Part shown: in pieces, positions 40,083 to 64,000 of the stretch
How positions within the stretch are numbered: position 1 is the stretch's first letter
How the letters are laid out: each line of letters starts with the position of its first letter
NCBI GenBank assembly: GCA_964035545.1
Contig: OZ037769.1
Coordinates: forward strand, 14,290,633-14,354,632
Length of the DNA: 64,000 bases
From: Bugula neritina
Lineage: Eukaryota > Animalia > Bryozoa
Direction of reading: 5' to 3'
Translations under genes and position numbers: made by a program
The notes under the pieces: generated by a model
Told to the model about the DNA's origin: nothing
The model's database searches: none
The model's input: the letters and a program-made list of their open reading frames with translations, nothing else

Positions 40083-41413
40083 CCCTGCACGCTTGATTAG
40101 GTATATCTAAAACTCCATGAAATAATCAATTGCTGTACTGATAAGCTGCAGTTAGATTTTCTGTATATAAACAAAACCTATTACAGTTAAACCAGGCCAA
40201 TGCCTGCACACTTGAGTTGTATGGCTTTCAATAACCAACTTCAATTTAACATCAGTTAACAATACAGCTTTCAAAATCGCTATTTATATAGCAACCAGGC
40301 AGCACTATAGCTTCAGGTCAATCAACTATTCAAACAATGCTGTTTGTTTTATTCCCTAAAACTTGAAAGGTGAGAATCTAATGCTATAAAGTTTAGAAAT
40401 ATTAAGTTGGCTACTAGTCTAAGTAAAACTGCTGATTTTCAACAAGAAATATTGTTATTGAATGAGAATATAACGCTGTAGTGTAAAGCAGAAAGTTGCA
40501 TTTACAACGAAGAAAACTAACTTTCATATTAAAAATAACTTCTCGATTGAATAGTGAAACAATCAGAGTTGGAGTGAGTAATAATCATTTAACAACATGG
40601 CAACAGACTATCTCTCAAGAATGTATTGGCCACAACGAGGTCCTGAAACAACCAGAGAAAAGTTGTAAGTTATGCTATTAAATTGTTACAGGCTATCATA
40701 TCATATATGAAATATTGTACTATTAGTTTTGGTATTTGATACTATCAATACTAAATTATAGTTGTGCTTTCAGCAAGCTATATTTTCCTTTTTGGCTTAA
40801 TGACCGCAACTTGACTAAGAATTCAGTTATATGCTGGTTTAAAAATATATTTCGTTAGCTTTTTAAAACAATAAACTTTCTAGATTGTTCTAAAATATAT
40901 AATTACACATCTTTCAATCTAATGAAATAATATGGTTGCAATTATAAAGCAATAATTAATAGTACTTTTAAATTTTTAATCATATATTCAATTGAATGAA
41001 ATACTTTCATAATTGCCTAAAGTTGCTGTTTCTGTGAAAACCCATCATGTGGTGAGGATTTTCGAATGATGCATCAAAATAGCACAGACCACTTTTAACT
41101 GGGTGACCTTCCTAAGAGGTAGATGCAGCAATGGAGAAATTGAGAAAAGCCTGTGTTCTAGATTAGAAATGTAGCACAAGAAGTTATGTTCTCACAAGAA
41201 TTTCAACGGAGGGGGGTATGTGAGGGGCAAGCCATAATTTTATAATAAGATTAAAGAGCTTAGGCTATCTCAATTTCTCCACTACTGCACTTTATAAATG
41301 CTTCCTGGGGTCTCCTATATATGGGACTCAGTCACATTAGACTACTTCCTGTGTATTTATTGAATTATGGGTAATATTTTGCCGCCAGCACTACTTATGG
41401 AAAGACAATTGGA

Positions 41414-54221
<12,808 letters not shown>

Positions 54222-55036
54222 ACTGTAATAGAAATGTGCATAGATTTTGTATGAAATTAATAATTTAGTTGTATATATATTAGTATAACACATTGAATAA
54301 AATATTCTGTAGCATATAATATAGTCATACAGCAAGCAAAAATTAATTTCTGTATTAAATTTTTGCAACGAGATGCTCCTAACATCCTAGAAATTTTTTA
54401 TTTGTAATGCAAATTCAAATCTGTGCCTTTTAGGCATTGCTGTTGTATATACCATGTGTAATATGTGCAGCAACAGAAGTTTTAGAGGCTAATTACATAT
54501 TTGTGAATTGTTAAAAAATTGAAGTCGACTTTTTGTGAAAGTATTCTAATATGCAAAAGTTCTCACAATTAAATCAATTCTTAGCAGTTTTATTGCTAGT
54601 GATGAGCAAAAATAAACTTTGAAATAGATTTATATCAAAATAAAACATGTGGCAAATAATTTTAAATATGTCATATATGTATATATTTATAATATATCTT
54701 TAAAAATTTCATAAAAAAAATATTTTTGAAAAGTTCTTGAGTCAAAACACATAAAACTGTAGATGTAACAAACCGCTCATACTCATAATAATGTAATAAT
54801 TATCAGCATAATTAGCAATATGGTTATGTTAACTCGCAATATAGCAAAATGCCAACCTACTTCATTTCAAGGTTATTTCTTTCTAAGCTAATGATGGAAA
54901 TTAAAAGACGCAAGTTTGAGATCAATAGTTTTTATTAATATTACAAAAATAAGCTGTTTGTAGGCAATTTTTTTTATCAAATGCACAGAAATAAATAAAT
55001 TTGATAACAAACAGAAGTTACTTATGACAATTAGTG

Positions 55037-58000
55037 TTACATAGCAGGTAGAAGGTATTCTCTCTGTTCATACAATTCACATCCTTTGAATGCATTATAA
55101 ACAGGTTTTCCCACTGATTCCTTCAAGTTAATTTTGATTAAACTAGCCCACATGAACCTTGAAACTTCTTCCTGCAACATTAGAGCACACACATTCTAGT
55201 CTACATCTCTCAGTCTATAATATCCGCAACATACGATATGTTCTATATTTCTCGGTATGTAATGTATGTATAATACACAAGTTATTCTAAATTTCTGATC
55301 AGCCTATCATATTTGTAATAGACATTATAAGTTCTATATACTTTTTAGGCACAGTATTACTTATTTAAATATTTAATATAATCATATCAGACTATAATAT
55401 GTCCTATATTGAAATATATACTTTATATTATATTATATATAACATATGCTATATTGAAACATTAAGAATATATTAAAATAATATAAAGAAAATTATATCT
55501 AAACCTACTGGTTGATTATCAAAGCAGTTTGGGTAAAGTATTTTAATTCCACTAATCAGGCCGTTACACTTCATCGAGCAGGTTTTCCCGTTAATTGTGT
55601 CACAGACTTGTAAAATTTCCTTCTCACGAAGTTGCACTGTTGAAAGCAATTTATCTAGGTCACACCCAGGTGCAATTGCTGCAAACAAAAAATAAATATT
55701 CATATAAAAAGTTTTTACTACTAAATATTTAACATGTTAATAAAGTCCATAGTTGATACTAAAACTGGAAAAAATTTTATATTGATCCCTATTATTTTTT
55801 ATATTCTAAGAGATTACGTATAAAGCACTATATATAATATAATGTATAGTGTAACATTTAATATATAAACACAAAATACGATGAATTAAATTTGGTAATT
55901 TCAAGCTATTATATATATTATATTGTGATATAATGTAGAATCTAACACAAAGTATATATAAAATCATTATTGCATATAGAAAATCATATATAGCTTAGTG
56001 TAGCACACAATTTGCAATATCTAATTAATGTATTGTGCAAAATGATTGTTAACATTTTGTTATAACTTTTTGAAGAATGATGAAAAATACTTTTAATCTT
56101 TTATTAATATCCAAAAGGCAAAATAAACTTTTAAGCAACTTCTTCAAAAGGAAATGAATAATAATAATAAAATTAGAATATTAAGAAAGTTTGCAAAAAA
56201 TAGTGAGGGTTATTCTGAAAATGTTAAGTTCTTCAACAAAACTTTTAATATTTAGTTAAAAAGAATTACAAGTTTCTATAGAGAAATTTAAAACTGATAA
56301 TCTACAATATTCATTTTTTCATTCTGCTCAATTTTTGAACTCTAAGTTTGTCAAGTGCTGTTCCCCTTTCAATAATTCAATGCACACTATTTATTGCCAC
56401 ATCTCCCGTTTCGTAGCAACCAATAAATAACTTACTCGCAATGTCATTGCCGCATCTGCCTTTTACAGAAAAACAGTTGTCCACTTTGAAGAGGTTGGCT
56501 GGATAATACGATATCAGTGTTACACACATCTCATCCTAAACAAGATTCAACAGTCTATATGAATAATTTTGTTCATGTATCCAACACATCAAATGCTCTC
56601 TATTGACATGTTATATTATCAATAAGTTGAAATACAAGCTTCCATTCTTTAGAATTATTAGCTGACCAAGCTATAAACATGGTGCATTATTATAGTGGCC
56701 TACTGTGAAAATTTAGATTTTTTTTTCAAAATTGCATAAAAAGAGACCAATTACTTAAACTGGTAGAGCTAGGCTATCTACTAAGTGATGAGTTGGAAAT
56801 GTCAAGAAAAACAATAATTACTCATGTGCTACTTTGAAAGCCCCAAACCATGTTATCAGCTTGGTGGTAGGACGGTCCTGGGCCGCCTTAAAAACAGCTG
56901 GACTTTCACAGGGCTGGAGGCTATAAGCAAATATGACTTCAAAGTTGCTTTGATTGGAAGAAGTCATTATATTATATATTAGAAACTAAAATGGCCGTTC
57001 ACCTTCTAAATTTTAAACTGTAATTAAGCTAATATGGTACTTTGACATATTCAACTTTAAAAACAAATGAGTATATGCTAATTTATTTTTGAAGTTGAAT
57101 ATGTCAAAGTACCATATTATAGCTTAACTTTACAAACACTCCTTTTAGACACTCACATGTGTTCCCGGCCCATTGATTACCCAGTCTTCATTCCCTTCTG
57201 TGCTGAAAGTGCATTCAATCTCCAGTTCATCACCTGAAGAAGACAAAGCATTTAAAAGCATTTCTTTCAACAGGTTAATAGATTAACTGCGTTAGTTGTA
57301 AAAATATCATATTATAAATTTTTAGAATGTAAGGAAAGCAGCCTATCACACTGACTGAGTGGCTGCGTGATTTTATTTATACATATAATGTATGATATAT
57401 GCATATATATGCATGTATATATTTATATATAGATGTGTGTATTATAAGTTTTGTATGTTGAAATTCCTTTGTATACTGTATATTATAATTGGTTAATGTT
57501 TCAGTGCATTACTTTAGTGGACTATTATTACAGTTTTAGGCTTCTGTTGTATTCTTCACTGCTGGCCAGCTGCTGTACAAAATCACCCAGGGTACCTGTT
57601 GAATAATTTTGAACAATGCTGGATTTAATTAGCAGGTCTTCTATGTAAAACATATCAATTTTATTTGAGACTGCTACTTGATGCAATTAATTATGACAGT
57701 ACTTAGAATTCGTACCTTTGTCACTTAGCATCTTAATATTATCAAGCATCGGTGGTTCAGTGGTAGAATTCTCGCCTGCCACGCGGGAGGCCCGGGTTCA
57801 ATTCCCGGCCGATGCATTTTTTTTCGTAATCAAGTTCAACAACCTGCACGGCCACTACTAAATGAGCGAGCATATTTTACTCAAATTTTGTAAAATAACG
57901 AGTCTGACTTGCATAAAAGCTACAACCAATTTTTTAAATTTTGTTAATTGGTTTAGATTTAAGTTAAATTACTCACCAGGCTCAAAGACAACAGGTTCAT

Positions 58001-61000
58001 TGTCAAACCTGTGAATAACAGGTCTGTCATAATGATATGACTCATCTTCCGCTAGTAGCCTGAGGAATCTGCCATTTCTGTAATGTTTAGCCCACATTCT
58101 TCTTCCTAAACACACCATTATTTTTATTGTTATAGTCTAACAAATTGTAAAGTTCTAGAATTTCAATGACCTTGTTTTTTGTTGAAATTTATTGTAGAGA
58201 AAATGTGTTTTCTATATTGCTACAACATCTATTATTGTATAAACAACTTATTTGGGAATTTATGCAAATAATATGTGTGTAGTTATATAATTTGATAATA
58301 TAACGGTATGCCAATGTGACTCTAACATGTTTTTCATAGAATAAAAATTACATAAACTAGAGTCTATATAGGATGACATAATTTATAAAGTTACTTCTAT
58401 TTCCTTTTTAATATTTCTTAACATTTCAAGCAGAATCACACAAAGAATCTTTTAGTTAGCTAAAACTACTTGTAGACTGTACAGAATACTCCTGCTCTTA
58501 CTTAAATCCTTAGTACTTGCTATACATGTAAGCCTACCTACCTGCCCCATGCATATGAAGTATGATGCTTGTCAAGTTAATGGTTCTCTCGAAGGAGCTC
58601 ATGCTACACTCATGAGAACACAAGCCATGCACCTTAAACTCCTTAGAGTTTGGGGGTATGTATATACCCCCATCTCCAGTTTGGAAAATATCAACTGCAT
58701 ATTTCCTTAGATTTGCAGTGTAGTACAACTCCACCCCAGATGAATCTGTTATAATATGAATACAAAACTAATATAGTTGTTCGAGTTTGTTTGTTTATTT
58801 GTTTGTTTGCCTGCTTTATTTCATCAACATAGGATTTAGAAAATATTATAAATGCAGAAAAGGTTAAGACATATTGGTAGACATATAATATATATTATTG
58901 TGCTAAAATACAAAACTTTTGTTTCTCTAATTTATTAGTTATCTTCATGCAATCACTGGGCATTTTAGGAGTTGTTTTCTAAAATTAAGCATTCTTTTAA
59001 AAGCTCCCTTAAATTAACATTTTTTGATTAAATTGTTTGAATCAGATGCTTTTCAATTTATCACAGCAGTTCTCAAACTAACATTGACTTATTTTAAAAA
59101 GCACTCAGGCAAGCCAATGACAAAAGCTACATTTTTTGTCTATCAGTGATCAATAATAGTTTAATACACAAAAAATATTTTCCTAAAAGTCCTAAACACT
59201 CACTATAAATAAACGGGCTTCTCTTAGAATGAAATAAATATTGCATGCTCAATCAGAGTAAATACTAGATGTTGTCTAGGCCTCTATAGAATGCCTTCCT
59301 AGCATTATCCTTATAACTATTTATACACAACTTAGCACATGATTGGACACCATTTTCAGGTCATACTTTTTAGTAGGTCACGGTGACACTACATGCAATG
59401 TGCTTGCTTTACGACTTACCAGTATAGTTGGAGACCAGCTGAGGGTTGTTCCAGTGGTACTGAATAGACACCCATGTTGTCAGATCTTTCCCAAATCTCA
59501 CAGCTCTGTCTTCAGATTGACAGAAGTCTTCCAGTCCAACCGCCCAGATATGGAGCATCTTCTTCTCGCAATACTTCTGGCGCAACTCACAGTTATCAAC
59601 AAGACCATCCTACAGAATGACGAAACTTGAAATAACACCATGCAATGGAAACAAATTTGCAACAAAACAACATTATATACCTTTCTTAAACTTTAATAAA
59701 GCAAAGTGATCAATGGTATAGTTTGAAAAATAGTAAGATACGAAGTTTTACTGCTAAAAAATGAAATTTTATAAGAAACATTTATTTTAAGACCTGACAG
59801 CTTCTTTTTTAGATACGAATAAAAAGTAGGAAAGCACTTTTAGTTTTCCCTTAGTGAAATACATTAAGTTTTAAAAATTAGTATATATTGGGTATAGCCA
59901 TCACCTGCAGCTCGTTCAAGTCCCCAGTGCAGCCATACATAGTCATGTGATGCATTACGTTGGTGTTATCTATGAGAGACTTTGAGGCGACGATGTCGTA
60001 GAGTCGATCTGATGGAATCTGCATACAATCAAAACAAAGAAATTATGTATAAGTTTATTAGAAGTATAGGCAGAGCTGTGATTGTTTCTTGGATTAACAT
60101 TTTAGTTTTCCATGACAGAGAATCTTTACCAGATTTCAAATCGGTTTGCGGTAATAAAATTCAAAAGATGACAAAGAATAACTTTTCAGTCAAAACTTTA
60201 TAAATCTATTGCACACACTGTACAAGTTCTAAGTTAAGCTTATATACTTGCATGTATATTGATGTGCACTGAAATGCTCAAAGTTGCATTTCTGTTTTTT
60301 GTTGGCAACTCTAAATATTTTGAGTCTCATTTTATTACCAGCAGTCGCAAGTAATTAAAACTCAAAATTAATGGTAAAATGACCTTCTTATTGTAACAGA
60401 TGTAAGTGGTCTCCATTGCAGGAACAGCTGTAGGTGGTATAGCTATTTTAAGTTTAGTGATATCTGACTTTTCCGCAGCCGGACACGACCATTTCTTTGG
60501 ACAGACTATTTTTTCGTTTACTCTCTTGCAGCGTGGAGAACTCATGGGCTCACATATACCTTTAAAACATGTTAATATAACTTACATATAACTACTTCAC
60601 CTTGTAGCTAACTAAATGCTTCTGCATGCACTAATACTGGTTTACAGTAGTATTGGTCAATAGGAACTCAAACTAATTAGCCAAGTCAATAAATACTCAA
60701 GTCTAACTATTCAAGTACGCAAGCACTCAAGTCTAGCCACTTAAGACAGAAAGTACTCAAATTAAAACGTTCTCAAGTCTAGCTCAAGTCTAACAATAAG
60801 CTCTCAAAGCAATAAGTGAGTGTGACTTAAATATTGTTCCCGCAGTTTTCACCGGTATTATTTAATAAAATATATAGTATACCTCATATTTTGTCAACTG
60901 CAATTTTAGTCCTTTAATAGTTACAGTTGAAATTAATTATAATATTTGTTTTAATCTGTCTTCATGTCTATGTTCTACATGCATATTGCATCCATATGTT

Positions 61001-62960
61001 ATGCTAGCTATTACAGATGTATGTAAGCTTAATGAGAAATAAATCAACGATATATTTAAATGACAATAATTACTATACCTGGGTGAGTTATGTTCTCTTT
61101 TGAATAGGGAGCTTCACCTTTGACCCAGTTGCATTGTGGGTCGCCAAGCTCCTCCCCATTGGTTCTCCCATCCATATCTGAATCCTCTTTACACAGGTCC
61201 AGAGTCCAAGCTTTCCCAGCCTCTTTAAAAGCCTGAATTTAAAGCAAATGTGATTAATTATAGTACAGGCTACATGGGAAACTTTTGTTGGCTTTTGAAA
61301 AAAGTTTAATTCTACAAATATAAATGGATTAGTTTCTGCAAAAAAGAATTTTTAATTTTAAACCTAGGAAATAAAGTTACGGTAATAAATATGAAGAATT
61401 TTATTATAAGGTGTTCAAAAAAAGAAGGTCATTTTATATATAAAGGGGGCATCCAAAAGAGGAGGCTTTTCAAGGGGTACCCACGTGAAATAGGACTCCT
61501 TTTTTAGATATATAATCATGCCTACCACATGATCTAATATAATGGCTTTACATCCTGGATTATGGTGATAGTTTGATGAAGAATAAATGATATATTAATT
61601 TTTTTTATTTAAATTTATATAAAATTTATATTATAGTTTATTTATATTTTATTATTGACTTTATGAAAATGAAACATCTAGCACAAAATATATATTCTGT
61701 AAGGACACAAGTAATTTACTTATTGTGAGAAAGCTGATCAGGTGTATGTATTGATATTACAATTGAGTTATTTTCTACCTCTAGAGCATTAAACTCATAT
61801 CAGCAATCCGTGTGACACTAGACCAGAGTTTTTATATTCTACATGCTTCCCTACTCAGCAGGGAGTAGTTGAACTGTGTTTGTATGCTGCCTGAAGTAAT
61901 TCAGTATTGATGCTTTGTATTATATAACTATAGAGACATCAAATCTTATCATAAGAAGTCTATTTAAAGGTAGTGTTGCGCAAAAATATTTTTTATCCCA
62001 AGAAAGCCTAGCGCTTATCAAATGCTATAACAGACAGGGCAAAGCTTTTTGCTACTTGAATTCTTATGACATGATACATTGCCTGGCATTGTGGAGGGAT
62101 TAAATAACTCCATTAGCTTTCGGAGAGTCAAAGGCAAGGCTTAACTATATGCTATAATACATAAACTGAGTTACCATTAAAGCTGCAACTTCAAACTTTA
62201 AATAATTTTAAGAACTAATTAATTGGATGCTGAAGTATAAAAAAAAAATTGCAGTATGCATAGGAAGGTTGATGAAGCAAAGCAGCAATTTCCTGAAAAC
62301 AAATCAAGAATTTAGTCTGCTTAAAAAATCCTCTTGCAGTATTCCAAGTGTTATAGTCCAAGCGTTATAGTTGAATAGCTAAACTCTATAGTGCCTGTAG
62401 GTGTGCAAAAGTGTGTTTGTGTAAATATCATTAACTTATATGAGGCTCTGCAATGTTATATTTTTCCTTTAATCAAAATTATGTTACACTGCTCTAATGA
62501 ATAGTTCCAATATTCCAATAAAAATAATAAATGCTAGACTGTAAAAGTAATGATGCTTAGAGTGGTCTAGTATGTCACTGCAGTTCAAGCTAACTAGGGG
62601 TCAGTGTTATTGAATTTCAGTTGCAAATATGTGATAATCTAAAAAATCGAAATATCTCTTGCATGGACAAATAATATCATGTCGTTGAAGTGAAAAGAAA
62701 GAAAATATTATGTCAAACTACATGATATAAGGATCTGAGTACAGCTAAAATCGATCCAATTCATTAATTGACTCACAAACCTTTCCGAAAGCATTTCTGT
62801 CTCCCCCTCCAGCAGGATTCAAGTGACCCACACCATGCCACGTTGACCTGTCACATGGGTTCACCACCTGGTCACCGTTTGGGATGAGTTCTTGGAAGAA
62901 TTTGTAACCAGCAGCTACAGAAATAAGAAGTATCACTGTGATAAAACTACTTGACTTCAT
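55037..62960 (-). CDS. Secreted temptin-domain + copper type II ascorbate-dependent monooxygenase (DBH/TBH/MOXD-like), ~542 aa
   Basis: Eleven phase-consistent exons: 62960-62781, 61232-61079, 60559-60384, 60018-59905, 59609-59420, 58745-58542, 58105-57977, 57233-57157, 56535-56436, 55678-55509, 55171-55037. Signal peptide MKSSSFITVILLISVAAG; temptin motifs IPNG..V.NPC..W.GVGH..GGG.RNAFG and DSDMDGRTNGEELGDP.C.W..HPGICEP; monooxygenase motifs TTYIC, MHHM, YHW, DSSG, LHMH, DEMC. Confidence 0.9.
57024..57126. repeat. Short intronic hairpin/MITE-like inverted repeat
   Basis: 28-bp perfect arms TAATATGGTACTTTGACATATTCAACTT / AAGTTGAATATGTCAAAGTACCATATTA, with outer TTAAGCT/AGCTTAA. Confidence 0.85.
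57746..57816 (+). tRNA. tRNA-Gly-GCC: tRNA-Gly (anticodon GCC)
   Basis: GCATCGGTGGTTCAGTGGTAGAATTCTCGCCTGCCACGCGGGAGGCCCGGGTTCAATTCCCGGCCGATGCA is a 71-nt full cloverleaf followed by a T-run Pol III terminator. It lies antisense inside an intron of the monooxygenase gene. Confidence 0.97.
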
Positions 62961-64000
62961 CTCTTCTTCATGAAGCTAATATAGTTATGAACTAAATGCA
63001 ATGCTTAGCTTGTGTGCCTACAAAGAAAATTGAACTTGTAGTGAGGACCACAGTCTTATCTATTTCTGTTGTAGGCTACAGCAATAGATAAGGTTAGTGA
63101 CTATGTAAATAAGCCTTAGCAATGTGATGCAATTGATCTGGAATTGGTTTGAGGCCTCTTTCTAGCTACCCTAACAACTGAGCTGTTCATGGAGAAGAAA
63201 TTCAGAGCTAACATGATTGATTGGTATATGCTTGGCATGCCAGGTGAGAAATCTCACGCAATTTTCACAAGATCATCGGACTGCAAACACATTCAAGTTT
63301 TGAAATGTATAGAGCTCATGTACAATGTTATAGAAAATGATGTGAAATATTTCACTTTAATTAGCAGCACGCTTTTGTTGCCACTTTTCACTAGCTAACA
63401 AATTCAATTAAAATAAAAGAAAATAATTGTGATAATATTATATCTTACATTATATTTCCTAAATTTCACAAAGTTCTTCCTTACTATAATTTGCTCAACT
63501 CTGTTATTAAGTTCCAGCTCAGTGTAAATGCCTGCAAGACAGCAAGATTTCCCAACTAAAATTTAAAATCTTTGCTATTTTGAAATACAACAGAGTACAA
63601 TAATAGTCAATTAATTGCATGTCGTTTTATTTTAAAAAAGCCCAGCATAAAGCATTGCTGCGAAGCTATTCATAATATTTTCACAAAAGCGTTACATAAA
63701 CAATTAAAATAATTTTTTGAAATTTTTAAAGTTACATGCATGCAATTACTCAGCGTTATATTTCATAAAATTTAAATTTTCCCAACTATAGTTAAATGCA
63801 TGTTTTATCGCCTAATATAGCTCATATTTTTGCGCAAAAAATACCCAACCAAAATTCATAACACCATATATTATATAATTCATTTAATTTGTTTTATTGT
63901 AACTTTTTGCCTTGACTTATAAAAATGTTATTCTGGTTTGCCTGAGAAAGTGCTCTGTAAAGGTGACAACTCCCGACGTGGCTACTATACCCTGCTAATA

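Noticed and set aside
55143-55171. Short terminal exon GRSFKVHVG* for the monooxygenase via a donor at 55504
   Set aside because: The stronger GTAGGT donor at 55508 gives a phase-0 join and a 44-aa open terminal exon ending at 55037.

Overview
AT-rich, intron-containing animal genomic DNA. The temptin domain and gene set suggest a lophotrochozoan invertebrate (inference). There is no prokaryotic content and no CRISPR array. Four multi-exon genes could be assembled by hand from splice signals and phases: (1) a 5'-truncated class B/Methuselah-like GPCR with somatomedin-B and Cys-rich ectodomain modules (+, 515-9017); (2) a cytoplasmic LRR gene built from tandem symmetric ~144-nt two-LRR cassette exons (-, 32233-37917); (3) a CNBD1/CNBD2-like cyclic-nucleotide-binding-domain gene (+, 41414-54221); (4) a secreted temptin-domain/copper type II monooxygenase (DBH-like) gene (-, 55037-62960). 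Also present are a 4.55-kb Gmr1-type Ty3/Gypsy LTR element with apparently identical LTRs and an intact Gag-PR-IN ORF but no RT/RNase H, a tandem ~276-nt repeat with type I hammerhead ribozymes (retrozyme/Penelope-like), a tRNA-Gly(GCC), five copies of a tRNA-derived SINE, MITE-like foldbacks and long microsatellites. The best candidates for undescribed systems are the hypervariable LRR cassette-exon array, the RT-less but recently mobilised Gmr1 element, the hammerhead repeat, and an in-frame array of hairpin-masked splice donors in the CNBD gene. All gene models are manual predictions without RNA support.
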